Origin: Phoronis australis
Taxonomy: Eukaryota > Animalia > Phoronida
DNA length: 64,000 nucleotides
NCBI GenBank assembly: GCA_002633005.1
Contig: NMRA01000855.1
Location: 1-64,000 of the forward strand
Direction of reading: 5' to 3'
Part shown: positions 12,099-24,902 of the stretch, piece by piece
How the letters are laid out: each line of letters starts with the position of its first letter
How positions within the stretch are numbered: position 1 is the stretch's first letter
Program-made: the position numbers and the translations under genes
The notes under the pieces: generated by a model
Told to the model about the DNA's origin: nothing
The model's database searches: none
What the model saw: the letters and a program-made list of their open reading frames with translations, nothing else

Positions 12099-14594
12099 CA
12101 CATAGTGTACCTAATTATCGGACGGAACCTAAATATCGGACATTTCATAGAATCTTACTTGAAGCATAATCTGAGAATTAAATGACACCAATTTTTGTTC
12201 CGTTGTAATGCATTCAATGTCCAGATTTCATTTTATGGATAATTTTGTTGCAAATGGACCTGGGTTCTAGCAGCATATATGTCAAAACACTCGAGCTGAA
12301 ATTTGGCGACAAGGTGCCCGCGGCCATTACATGGTTAGTCAGTTTTCCGCGGTGTGGCATATGGAGAACCATGGTGTCCGATATTTAGGTTCTCCGAAGG
12401 TTTGGTTGTTGTGTTTTTTGAAGATCAGTCGGAACATAAATGTGGCTTTCAGTGACAAGATATAGTAACAGAACAATTCCGTGAAGGTAAATCTTTATTT
12501 CAGAAAAGAATTTACAACAATCCGTAGTATTTTCAATTAAATACAAGAGCAACGCGGAGCGTTGAAATGCGCCCACAATTGCACCGCATACGGTATCCTT
12601 CTAGGGTTGTTTATTGGTACCATAAAGTGGCCAGTAGAGGGCATACTTTGCAAAATGGAAAGGCATGGTCATTGTCTCCTCAATAGGCTAGGGGCAAAAT
12701 GTGAGTAATCTTCATAATACAAGCACATCCTATACACCAGTTGCTTAAAGCACCACAGAAACATAGAATTAAAAACAAATTTACCAACATACGAGATTAG
12801 CACAGCATTAGAATGCCAGAAACAAATTTCTACTTGGAACTTTTCCTTCACAGTCACGAAGTAACACAAAGTATACACCTGAAGACCTATGAAAATACAG
12901 AGGTCAATGTAAAATACTAAAATTGCCACTAGAGGCAAATACTAAAATTGCCACTAGAGGCATACCGGTAATCAGAATCATCCTAAAGTCGTCATCGTCC
13001 GTTGTCAACATCACATAAATACACTTGCTAAATTTAGTAAAGATCCTGCAAACGGTTTGGGAGATACAGCCATGGGCGCAAAAAAACAAAACTGCCACTA
13101 GGAGGCGCCACAGTAGTCCAAATCGTCTGAAAATCATTGTCAGCTGTCTTCCTTATAGTAAGCACATACACGCCAATTTTCACAATCATCCTTTGAGCGG
13201 TTTGGTTGATAGAGGGGTGGACGCAAAAATACAGACTCGAAAACAGTAAAAATGGCCACTAGGTGGCGCAAACTACGTCGAATCCATCTGAAAACAGTAG
13301 GATAGCGTCATCTCACTAATAGGTGCCTACATACCAAATTTCATGAAAATCCGTTCAATACTTTTGAAGATACAAAGGTAAGCGTAAAAAACTAAAATTG
13401 CCACTAGGGGGCACACCGGTAGTCGGATCCGACCAAAAGTCGTCATCTTCCGTTGTTAACATCATATAAATATACTTACACAATTTGTAAAGATCCTGCG
13501 AACGGTTTAGGAGATACAGCCATAGGCGCAAAAAAACAAAACTGCCACTAGGAGGCGCCACAGTAGTCGAAATCGTCGGAAAATCATCGTCAACCATCCT
13601 CTACATAGTAAGCATATACATGCCAATTTTCACAATCATCCTTTGAGCGGTTTGGTTGATAGAGGGGTGGACGCACAAAAACAGACTCGAAAACACTAAA
13701 AATGGCCACTAGGTGGCGCAAACTATGTCGAATCCATCTGAAAACGGGAGGATAGCGTCATCTCACTAATAGGTGCCTACATACCAAATTTCATGAAAAT
13801 CCAATAAGGACTTGTGAAGATACAAAGGTAAGCGTAAAAAAATTAAAATTGCCACTAGGGGGCACACCGGTAGTCGGATCCGTCCAAAAGTCGTCATCTT
13901 CCGTTGTTAACATCATATAAATATACTTACACAATTTCGTAAAGATCCTGCGAACGGTTTAGGAGATACAGCCATAGGCGCAAAAAAAAAAAAACTGCCA
14001 CTAGGAGGCGCCACAGTAGTCGAAATCGTCGGAAAATCATCGTCAACCGTCCTCTACATAGTAAGCACATACATGCCAATTTTCACAATCATCCTTTGAG
14101 CGGTTTGGTTGATAGAGGGGTGGAAGCACAAAAACAGACTCGAAAACAGTAAAAATGGCCACTAGGTGGCGCAAACTATGTCGAATCCATCCGAAAACGG
14201 CAGGATAGCGTCATCTCACTACTAGGTGCCTACATACCAAATTTCATGAAAATCCGTTCAGGACTTTTGAAGATACAAAGGTAAGCGTAAAAAACTAAAA
14301 TTGCCACTAGGGGGCACACCGGTAGTCGGATCCGTCCGAAAGTTCGCACATGCCGTCCCATTCATGAATGGAACATATGTGCCAAATTTCATGAACGTAT
14401 GTCAAAGGGTTTTGGAGATAGAGCAGCGGACGCCGGACGCCAGACGCCGGACGCCAGACGCCGGACGCCGCCCGGACGGACGGACGGACGGACGGACGGA
14501 CGGAGATGACGGCATAATGCGTCCACATATAAATATGTGGGCGCATAATAATACAAAATGTGCCAAAACGTCCGATAATTAGGTCACTTGACTG
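12099..14594. mobile_element. TA-flanked Tc1/mariner-type MITE split by a HINE-like insertion
   Basis: Inverted ends ACCTAATTATCGGAC (12109) / GTCCGATAATTAGGT (14570), internal CCTAAATATCGGAC / GTCCGATATTTAGG; TA on both flanks. Confidence 0.65.
12543..14548 (+). mobile_element. HINE/pearl-like (Helentron-associated) non-autonomous element with internal ~450 bp higher-order tandem array
   Basis: Starts ACAAGAG; subterminal inverted repeat ATGCGCCCACA (12567) / TGTGGGCGCAT (14536); (GGAC)n and GGACGCC microsatellite at 14428-14503; 3' hairpin CCACATATAAATATGTGG; about three ~450 bp units each made of three ~145-160 bp subunits; second copy at 23199-24902. Confidence 0.85.
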
Positions 14595-15431
14595 TAATAT
14601 ACCGGTAACGGCCTCTTTCAATATGCGTGTAGTTTTTTATGGCGAAAGACAGCGGCGGGATTCAACACACATGTAGGGCCTACGTGTGACTCACCTGTCA
14701 ATCACATGTTGGTGTCAAGGTAACATGCACTCCAAAGTGTGGGAACTTGTGTGCACCACTACAAAGTCACACATCAAAAGAGAATAGCGACAGTCCTAAG
14801 TAACAAAAACGGGCGTGAATATGTACTTTTAAGCTGTTGTTATGAAAGACCCAGTTCTTTACGACATTCCTCCGTTGCCAATGTTCTCCAAAACTGCGAT
14901 GTCAAGTCTATTACGATATTTCCCGGCTCGATACTCCCTAAGCCCATGCCCGTAGCTAGCTGTGTGAATCTCCTATCCACCATCGCCAATTTTCAGTCAG
15001 TCTAAGTCGTAGATATTTTCAGATTCGAATAGTAAGAATTTTTGTTCAGGCTAAACCACCGACTCGGAGGCCCAGCGTCGTTGCACTCATTGTGATCATC
15101 AATCTTTTTCTAAGTCAGGGAATCGCGAGTTTTCTTAGCAATGGGCGCTAAATCTTCATTCTTTAAAAGACGGGTATGGACGCTTAACTGAGAGGTGGGC
15201 GCTTAACTGGAAATCTTCAAAAATCGCAAGGGGGAGCGCTTAACCGAGCAGAGGGCGGTTAAATCGAAAATCCACCTAAAGTAGGGGGTGGGCGGTTAAC
15301 TGAGCATGGACGTTAACCCGAACGTTTACAGTACATGTATGCAACAACACAGAAATCTAAATGAAACTTCAAGCAGTAACAAGATTGGGTACAGCAGTAC
15401 ATTTTTTGGTTTATCATACCCTGAAGCTTAA

Positions 15432-16157
15432 GGTACACGTCTACCACCGTTGATTTTTTCATTGCATTGACCATGATATTTCTTAAGACACATCATTCAA
15501 TAGTACTAGGATTGTGAGATACTTGAGACCACATCATTCAATGCCTTGTGAGTTAAAATACTTTTAGAAGTTTTGTACATTAGTTTCCGCTACGTGCGTG
15601 GATATATTGGGACAAAATTTTGTACCTATGAATGACGTTTGGGTGAGGGAGTGTCTCCTTCGAACAGCGACATACCAGCTGTCAAAAATGAAGGCTTGTG
15701 TCGTTTTAATAATCTAGAGATTGAAGGCTCATACCTGAGACATAATTCCTTGTGTACTGACAGTACAGAATTTATAGTTCAAACACAAAGTTGTCTACTA
15801 TTTAGGTTTTTTTTTTGAAATATATATTTAAGCCTGAAGTGATACTTTTCAAAAATGGCAGTAAAGTGACAAAGACATGACAGCACACTAATTATAAACT
15901 AGAAAGATTATTTTAACGGCGTAACAATAATGGACTCTGCGCGTGCGTATTGCTGGATTTGTTTTGGGAATACTGACAGCAACCCGTTTACCAACATGAA
16001 AAAAAATTCTTTAAAATTGTAGGAGAAATTACATGTTAATATTTTGATGACCTTTCCGCTAATTGAACTCTTCCGATGCATTATGAACCCCGATCAGGGA
16101 ATAATTGTAAACTCGATTTAAAGTGTGGTTAATCATAAGAATCACAGATGTTTTACC
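15432..16157. mobile_element. Possible Kolobok-like MITE
   Basis: TTAA flanks; imperfect TIR GGTACACGTCT / AGATGTTTTACC. Confidence 0.4.
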
Positions 16158-16169
16158 TTAAGCACTTTA

Positions 16170-17100
16170 GAATACAAAATGAATGAATTGGTCAAACTTT
16201 CAGAAGAAAAAATGCACCTAACGACCCCAAAGGTGCACCAAATGACCTGAAAATTTAGAATTGAAACTCAATCGCATTTAGTACAGATATTAATTTTGAA
16301 GTCTCTAGCTCAAAATTTTAGTTTGCACTCAATGACCTTTGACCTATTTTTTCTGATTGGTTTGGCCTATTGCGTAGTAAAGTAGGGTGTTCAACTGGCA
16401 TGTTGACTTACACTAGTGTGCTGAAATTAAAAAGAATTCCTTGAAAAATGTAGGAGATATAAAATTTTGAACGTTAGATGACCTTTGAACTAATTGACCC
16501 AATCCGGTACATTATAAGCGTCTTTAGGAGAATTGTTGCAAAGCCCATGAAAGGTGTGTAATGCTGAGAATCACAGCTGTCTAACGGTATACTTGGTAAA
16601 TGAAAAGGACAAATTTTCAGAAGAAAAATGCACCTAATGACCCCATGGTTGCACTAAATGACCTGAAACTTTGTACTTCGAATTGAATTAGACGTACCAA
16701 TCAGACTTGTGAATTTGAAGTGTCCAGCTCAAAATTTTAATTTGCACCTAATGACCTTTGACCTGTTTTATCTGATTGGATGATTTGATTACTTAGAAAA
16801 GTAATTTTTTAAATTGTCATGTTGACTTATACCTGTGTACCGAATTTGAAAAAGATAGCTTTAAAACTGAAGGAGTAGCATTTTCAAAATTATATGACCT
16901 TTGCACCAAACGACCTTTTTGCGGTGCAATATGGAATATGATTATATAACGAATCAAAATTTATGTACTGTCAAAATTCATATGCTGAATTTAAAGAATG
17001 TACCTGCACCCAATTTGGAGTTATTAAGCCTCAAAGTTGTTCGGAAGAAGAATAAGAATAAGAATGAAAGCGCTCCGAGGAGCGAAACTTGGCGAAATTA
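16170..17100 (+). repeat. HINE/pearl-like repeat of a second family (TGACCTTTGACC units)
   Basis: Two diverged ~420 bp units (CAAA.TTTCAGAAGAAAA..TGCACCTAA.GACCCC at ~16193 and ~16610), then an (AAGAAT)n microsatellite and a CGCTCCGAGGAGCG hairpin at ~17071. Confidence 0.65.
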
Positions 17101-17106
17101 ACCAAA

Positions 17107-17400
17107 AAGATGACGATAAAGATGATGACGAAGATGACCAATATGACGACGATGGTGGCGAGGATGAACAAAAGAAGTATTAATAACATACACAGGACGA
17201 ACGTAGAAGTCCGAAATCAGTAAGAAAAAGGCTACAATCTTGAGCGACACTTGACGAAATTAACGGAAAAGACGACGACGGAGATGATGACGAAGATGAT
17301 GACGAATATGATGATGGTGGTGGCGATGATGAACAACATCACAACATTCATATGACGAACTTAGATGTCATAAATCTATAAGAAATAGGCTACAGTCTAG
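17107..17400. repeat. GAT/GAC low-complexity tract, two ~170 bp tandem copies
   Basis: GATGATGACGAAGATGA..AATATGA..GATGGTGGCG..GATGAACAA repeated at ~17121 and ~17283. Confidence 0.7.
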
Positions 17401-17429
17401 TTCAATAGAAGATAAATCAACATCAATGC

Positions 17430-19772
17430 AGCAAGAGCGCTCAACAAAGGAACAGCATTATCAGAAAATCTCAAATAACTCAAAAAGTAGACGTCCTAGG
17501 GAAAAATGGAAAACATCTTCTGAAAGACCGTTCAAATTTCTATCTAAACTGATGGTATCGCCTAATTCCGTAAATTTTTCGAAAAAAATGAAATTTTGCG
17601 TATTTTTTTTAAGAAATTCAAAGTCAAATAACTCGAAAACGGTAAGTCTGAGAGAAAAATTGTTACAGGCCATTTGAAAGAATATACTTCAAAGAATCCA
17701 CATGCAAATAATCACGTCTTTTTCTCTTCCCGTTTAAAATCGCACTCCAGCACGACTGAAAATGGGTCAACATGCGCCAGATCCGCCATCTTGAAAGCAA
17801 CTTCCGTTTTTTTGGCTTTGTATAATAGCATGTCATAAGAAACTAATACCTGTAAAAATTCGAAGGAATTGGTCTTATAATGCGCCCTCTACAGGAGAAA
17901 ACGTTTTAGGCCAAAATCGAGGTGCGCATGCGCTATCGCCGATATTTCCGCCATCTTTAACCGGAAGTAAACAATTTCTGGTATACTTGTAGAAAACTTA
18001 CAGTCCATTTACTGTGCCGATTCTTAGCCTTTTACGTAAAAAATTGTAGCTTCCAGAAGCATTTGAACCTTTAAATGAAAACAAAATGGCCGCCACAGCC
18101 GCCATCTTGGATCCGATTTTGACGAAAAACAATAAGCTTCCAGTACTTCCGGAAGTACGTGTTATGTGTAAATTTCGTGATGATCGGACGAAAATTGCGA
18201 CCTGTATCGTGCGAACAAACAAAAAAACGAGAGCGCTCGGAAGAGCGACACTTGGCGGAATTAATCGAAAAGACGACGAACACGATATCATTCATGTGAC
18301 TAGCGAAGAAATCGAATTGAGAGCATGCAATCAACTACAATAAAGAATGAAAGCCCGTTCAAAACTCTATCTAAAGTGGTAGTTTGGCAAACACGATAAC
18401 ATTCATGTGACTAGCGAAGAAATCAAATAGAGAGCATACAATCAACTACAATAAAGAACAATAGATGGCGCAACATGACGGTCCAGTCTGCAGTAGGACA
18501 GTGCTGGCTGGGTCAGTCTGGGTCAACTAGGCATAACCAAAATAAAGTGAACTGAATGCCAGCCAGCTGTTTGCTTGTATAAGTGAACGAAGGAACAACG
18601 GTATCCGAAAATCTCGAATAATTCAAAAGTAGACGTTGTAGCGCAAAATGGAAAATATCTTCTGAAAGCCCGTCCACAACTCTACGTACTTTGATAGAGC
18701 ATACAATCAACTACAATAAAGAACAATAGATAGCGCAACATTACGGACGAGGCATGCTTTGCAGTAGGACAGTGCTGGCTAGGTCAGTCTGGGTCAACTA
18801 GGCATAACCAAAACAAAGTGAGCTGAAAGCCAGCCAGCTGCGTGTGACCGAAGGAACAACGGTATCCGAAAATTTCGAATAATTGAAAAAGTAGACGTCG
18901 TAGCGCAAAATGGAAAATATCTCCTGAAAGCGTGTTAAAAACTCTATCTAAAGTGGTAGTTTGGCAAAAATCAAAAAAATTTTCAAGAAAATTAAAAATT
19001 TGCCGTTTTTTTTTGAAATTCAAAGTCAAATAACTCGAAAACGGTAAGTCTGAGAAATACGCTCTCGCAGACTTTTTGAAAGGCCATACTTCAAAAATTC
19101 ACGTCATTTGCTCTTCCCATAAAAAATGCGACACCAGAGCGATTGAAACCGTGTGAACATGCCCCACACCCGCCATCTTGAAAGTGATTTCCGGTTCAAT
19201 AATTTTTTATAAAAGCTTATTAAACTCAACAAACACGTGACCAGTTTGAAAGTAATTGGTTAGCAAATACGCCCTCTACAGGAGAAAACGTTTTTGGCCA
19301 TATTTCGGGGTGCGCATGCGCCACGTCCAATATTTCCGCCATCTTTAACCGGAAGTCAAAGATTTTCTGCACAATTGTAGCACACGCGTTCTAGTATATT
19401 CGTACCGATTTTCAGCCATGTAGATCGAAAAATGCGGCCTCTACGAGTATTTGACTGTGAAATCGGATACATAATGGTCGCCACGTCCGCCATTTTGTAT
19501 CCGATCATGACCACAAACAATAGCGTTCTAGCAGTTCCCGATCTACACGTTGTGTGCAAATTTCGTGAAAATCGGACGAAAATTGCGACCTGTAGAGAGC
19601 GAACAAAAAAAAAACTTGCTGTCAGACCAACATACTTGGCGGAATTCCCAGAATTCCGCCAAGTAACAAAAAAAACTTACTAGAAGAGCAACATACTTCG
19701 CCAAGTAATAAGAATAAAATTGAAGAAAACCCAGGAACAACAGTACTCTGCGCTTGCACGCGCAAAGTAATA
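17430..19772 (+). repeat. Composite HINE-like repeat cluster with duplicated ~780 bp module
   Basis: Module GGAACA.C..TATC.GAAAAT.TC.AATAA...AAAAGTAGACGT at ~17450, ~18593 (partial) and ~18853; paired segments 17450-18230 and 18853-19615; terminal hairpin-like CTGCGCTTGCACGCGCAAAGTAATAA. Confidence 0.7.
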
Positions 19773-20169
19773 AATGTGCCGTGTTTTAAGACATGAGTTC
19801 CACACAAAAATTCAAAAATTTATATAAGTTTATGATTGAAACTCGATTCTTAACAAGTTTTTTGATAAACATTAAAAAAGGCTTTATGAAGGTTGACGAA
19901 TACCTATAAGATTTTTTCACATAATGTTAACTTGAAAATTATTCTTAATAATGTATCTACTTCATATTAATAATATGTGAATTTTCATGCATGTCACCCA
20001 GTCACAGTGAAGACGTGTATAAAGATTAAGATCTTATATGTTTAGAAATCTTTTAACTCAAAAATAAAACAAGGTTTTAACCAAGAAAAATTTTGATGTA
20101 CAAGTCAAGCTGTCAACAAAGCTAATTACTGACTTTCTAAAACCGCTCTGAGGTGGTGGCGTATAACAA

Positions 20170-20273
20170 CTATTATTAAAATCTCTTGGTCGGAGAATAG
20201 ACCGACCGAAATGTCGTGCCATTGTAAATAGACCAGAGGTCGGTGTAAATAGACCAAAAGATTTTAATAACAG
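20170..20273. repeat. ~100 bp foldback / mini-MITE
   Basis: CTATTATTAAAATCTCTTGGTC pairs with GACCAAAAGATTTTAATAACAG; internal GTAAATAGACC direct repeats. Confidence 0.6.
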
Positions 20274-22700
20274 AAGGTAATTATTTCAACATTACTTTGA
20301 AAGAAATGAGGAAAAAGAATGAGTTGTCAACGCCAACACGAATAAAATAGTGAGAGCACCAGAAGACCTCGAGTCACTTCTAACCAAACACTAATTTACA
20401 TATTATTCAAGAGTTAATGATTGTAATGGTCACTTTTAGGCATACTGAGTCGATAAAGCTGGAAGTCGAATATTGTAGTTCCTCACTAGTTTTGTACAAA
20501 AACATTTGGCAAAATCATCATTTTTCAAAGGCCAGTAACTTTGCTACAAATAATGGAAACTTAAGAAAATCTTGTTTTTGACATCTTCACAATACAAACC
20601 TAGCTAGTAAAAACTTCATATTTTCCTTACCTTTATTTTTGCGGAAAAATTTGACAAAATAGAATTTCAATTGTCAGCCATATAGTGTGCAGTTCGTGAA
20701 GAATCATCATACATCTAGACAGTGCACTGTTACTCTGAGGTGCAAAATGTTAATCAATATGCAATAGTTTTTTCTACAACTTATGAATCGAAATGTCAAG
20801 TATGCCAGCCGTAAAGTCTTTTTTCCACAAATATTATGCAAATCATGTATACTACGGTACTATGTGTTTGTTCAGTTGCTCTTCCTTGACTATTTACTGA
20901 GCATGCTTGTGTATTAACGTCTCTTTATCACTTATAAATGCTGGTAAAGAGTGCAAAGGTGTAGATAATAAATATACCACCAATACTAAATCTTTTATCG
21001 TGACATGGCACTGGGAAATAACAATGCATGATGCAGGCTACATGAGCACACGAGGTACATCATTAGTGCAAAGGTCATATATTTGCCAAAAAAATTTGTT
21101 TTCACATCTACTAGTTGTCAATGAATACAACTGCCTTTTGTTTAGGGTAGCAATAGGAGCATTAAATGACCCTTGGGTTTGACAAGCCGTTCTGTCTAAT
21201 ACCTGCCAGCGTTTTCATAAGCACTTTCACCAGTAGTAAAAACAACGTTTTAATGTTAAGTTACCTTTCCGAGTCATAGTTTACAGAAACCACTAGCTTT
21301 CAGTCTCATTTCACGATCTTCGCTGGGTGAAATGGCGGGTAATTGGGGCCTCGCCTGTGTCTGTTTCGTCATCATTGTCATGTGTGACCTCTGGCGTTGC
21401 AACCAGCGGCTTACTTTAAAGGACACATATACGCTGCGAGGTGTAAGATGCCCTTACTCTATTGCCCCATCAAATAATTAATGGAAGAGTGTGTAAGTGT
21501 TTTGACATCAATTTTTGCTCAAAACCAACTCGACTTGTGAGGAGATGAACTAACCGCTGGTGAAAATTACTCTTTTGTAGACAGCTCTTTGTCTGGCTAA
21601 AACGCTAATGAGAACGCCATTGAAAGTGCTAGCATTGTCATCACTCACGTAGAATTAGATTACAGCAGTTTGTAATTCATGTGGCAAGCTGATCCTGGCA
21701 TTTTATACCACTGGAGTTAAACACAAGCATATACATGCAATTAATCTGCGGAAAATTTTAAGCCAAAACCACCAAAAACGAACTATTTACTCTGACTAAC
21801 TTCTAGACTCAAAACTTAAAATTGCTCTAAACCGGTCCGTCCAAGAAGCCAACTTTTAATTTACACCACATACTTAGTGTTATTAAATTGGTCTCGACTT
21901 GTTCCTAACTGAACTCAGAAGAGAAGTGACTTGAGAGTATTGGCAACACCAGTTTCATAACGGTAGGGGTCTAAATCAACAGTCAGTTTTTGTGATGGTG
22001 GATGGGTTTATAGCCGCTTTGAGATAGACAGCGGCGACCCCTTTAGGTATAGTCAGAGATGCAATGGCTTTTACTTTTTCATTAGGAAAGAAGATAGCTT
22101 ACCGAAAGCTACAGGATAACTTCTAGTGTCAAAAAGCTTCGCCAACTGACAAAGCAACTCGTATGCTGTTATTAAGCTGGTAACTTACATACAAGTCGCG
22201 AATGGAATTTCAATACTGTCGACTTTGATTTTAATTGAGGTCTTTGCTAATTTGGTCTGCACGGCAAACAAGTGAGGTCGTAACTTAATAAAATATTTAT
22301 TTTTATTCAAATTCATTAGGTCATGTGATGTGGCCTATGGGTGGCCTGCACACCAGGCTTTAAAATGTTTGCGATTTATATTTCCACACCAGTTTATATT
22401 TACACATTCATATAACAAACAAGAACATTTGTTAAAATAAATGCCACATTTCCATTTTTCGAAATTACACTCCTTCACTAAAACACCATGTATGGTTTGA
22501 TGGTAGCTACACAATACAAGAGCAACACAGAGCATTCATAAGCACCACAGAGTGAATCATACAGCACTGACTATAAGCAATGATTACTACACAATCTCCC
22601 AAGAGGTGAGCAATACTAGTCAACGTAAAATAGCCTATGAGGAGAGTAAAACAAGTCGTACAAAAAATTAATTTTTCAGAAATTAATTAAGCAGATTAAT

Positions 22701-23120
22701 AACAAGATGTGTGTTAAACAATTGCATCAAAAACCACACAGCACCCTCCTGTGGCATTTGTCCAAAATTTAATTGGTGTTGTCTTATCCGCAATAAAAGC
22801 AAGAATTAATGCTTAAGTTCACAAAGAACCCTCAAGCAGTATAAGCAGAGAGCTACATGTAAGGCACACCAAAAAGTTGTTTCCAAGAATATAAAATAAT
22901 CAGGCACCCTCCTGTGGCATTTGTCCAAAATTTAATTGGCGTTGTCTTATCCGCAATAAAAACTAGTGTTTAACTTCACAAAGAACCCTCAAGCAGTATA
23001 GGCAGAGAGCTACATGTAAGGCACACCAAAAAGTTGTTTCCAAGAATATAAAATAATCAGGCACCCTCCTGTGGCATTTGTCCAAAATTTAATTGGCGTT
23101 GTCTTATCCGCAATAAAAAC
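22701..23120 (+). repeat. ~160 bp tandem array at the start of a third HINE-like element, truncated at an assembly N
   Basis: Begins AACAAGA; unit GCACCCTCCTGTGGCATTTGTCCAAAATTTAATTGG at 22741, 22903 and 23061; ends at N 23121. Confidence 0.8.
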
Positions 23121-23198
23121 NATTACACACTGCCTTTGACATGACTCAACACTTGAGAAAAAACAACACAAAAGTTTTTGAGTCATTACCTTTTTCTA

Positions 23199-24902
23199 AC
23201 AAGAGCAACGCGGAGCATTCAAATGCATCCACGAATGCACCACAAATGGGGTGCGTCTAGCCTTGATTATTTGCATCAGAAAAATAGCCACTAGATGGCA
23301 CAAAATGTCCAGTACTTCTAAAAGCGGGAAGTGCTATCTAAGAAGCTATCTAGAAAACTATTTACCAAATTTCATAAAAATCTATCAAGGAATTTCAGAG
23401 AAACAAAAGAAACGTAAAAAAATGAAATTGCCACTAGGAGGCACAGCATTCCTTGGATCTGCCTAAAAGTCGTCTTTTTCTGTTGTTAGCTTCATATAGA
23501 TACCCTCACTAAATTTAATAAAAAATCTGGAGTGGGTTTAGGAGATATACCTATGGGCACAAAACAAAACAAAACTATCACCACGAGCCACCACAGTAGT
23601 TCAAGTCATCGCCAACCGTCCTCTTCACACTGAGAACATATACGCCATCTTTCAAAATCACGATCCTTAGAATGGATTGGTTGATAGAGGATGGACTCAA
23701 AAACAGCAAAAACAGCCACTAGGTGGTGCAAAATTCCTCGATTTCATCCGAAAACGGGAGGTAGCGTTATCTCACCAATATTCGCCTATATTCCAAATTC
23801 TATGAAAATCCATTGAGGACTTTTGAAGAAACAGACTGAGGTAAATGTAAAAAACTAAAATTGCCACTAGGGGGGCACACAGGTAGTCAGATCTGTTCGA
23901 AAGTTGTGGTCATCTGTTGTCAATATCATCTAAATACATTTAGTAAAGATTCTGCCAACGGTTTAGGAGATACAGCTACGGCCACCAAAAAACTGCCACT
24001 AGGAGGCGCCACAGTGATCAAGAACATCAGAAAATCATCATGAGCAGTCCTCTTCATAATAAGAACATGTATGCCAATTTTCACAATCATCCTTAGAGCG
24101 GTTTGGTAGATAGAGGGGTGGACGACAACAAACAGATTCAAAAACAGTAAAAATGGTCACTAGGTGGCGCAAACTACATCAAATCCATTCCAAAACTGAA
24201 TGCCTATAAGCCACATTTTATGAAAATCCGTGGAGGACCTTTGAAGAAACAGCGGTCTGTAAAAAAACTAAAATTGCCAATAGGGGGCACACCGGTAATC
24301 AGATCTATCTGAAAATCGTCGTCTATTGTCAACATTATATAAATACACTTGCTAACTATACTAAAGATCCTGCAAACTGTTTAGGAGATATAGCCATTGG
24401 TGCAAAAAAACAAAACTGCCAGTAGGAGGCACCACAGTAGTAAAAGTTGTCAGAAAATCATGTTGGCCGTCCTCTTTATAGTAAGAACATACACGCAATT
24501 TTCACAATCATCCTTAAAGCGATTTGGTTGACAGAGGGGTGGACACCAAAAAAACAGACTAAAAAAGAGTGGCCACTAGGTGGCGCAAACTACATCAAAT
24601 CCATCCGAAATCAGGATGATAGCGTTATCTAACTAATAGATGTATACATGCCAAATTTTATGGAAATACCTTGAGGACTTTTGAAGATACAGACTCGGGG
24701 AAAACGTAAAAAACTAAAACACCGGTAGTCGGATCCGTCCGAAGGTTCCCTCATGCCATCCCATCTAAGAAAGGACACGTGCAAAATTTCATGAACATAC
24801 GTCAAACGGTTTTGGAGACAGAGCAGCGGAAGGACGCCGCCCGGACTGACACACGGGGAAGATGGCATAATATGTCCACATATAAATATGTGGGCGCATG
24901 AA
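23199..24902 (+). mobile_element. Second, more diverged copy of the HINE/pearl-like element
   Basis: Same 5' end ACAAGAGCAACGCGGAGC, same ~440 bp three-subunit array, same 3' hairpin GTCCACATATAAATATGTGGGCGCAT as 12543-14548; microsatellite eroded. Confidence 0.85.

Larger units (their letters stand above)
9958..15331. mobile_element. Tc2/pogo-like non-autonomous element hosting nested insertions
   Basis: TIRs CCGTAAACATTCGGGTTAACGCCC and GGACGTTAACCCGAACGTTTACAG, TA on both sides; repeated subterminal GGGCGCTTAA/GGGCGGTTAA motifs at both ends. Confidence 0.75.

Noticed and set aside
11670-12185. 171-aa ORF as a gene
   Set aside because: Non-ATG start, runs across the piggyBac terminus and into an unrelated MITE, no recognisable domain.
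12900-14320. Regularly spaced conserved motif resembling a CRISPR array
   Set aside because: The 'spacers' are themselves repeated every third unit, the context is eukaryotic, and no cas genes are present; it is a transposon-internal tandem array.
17107-17340. Asp/Glu-rich coding exon
   Set aside because: Short frames closed by stops, no convincing splice sites, lies within a repeat cluster; simple GAT/GAC low complexity.
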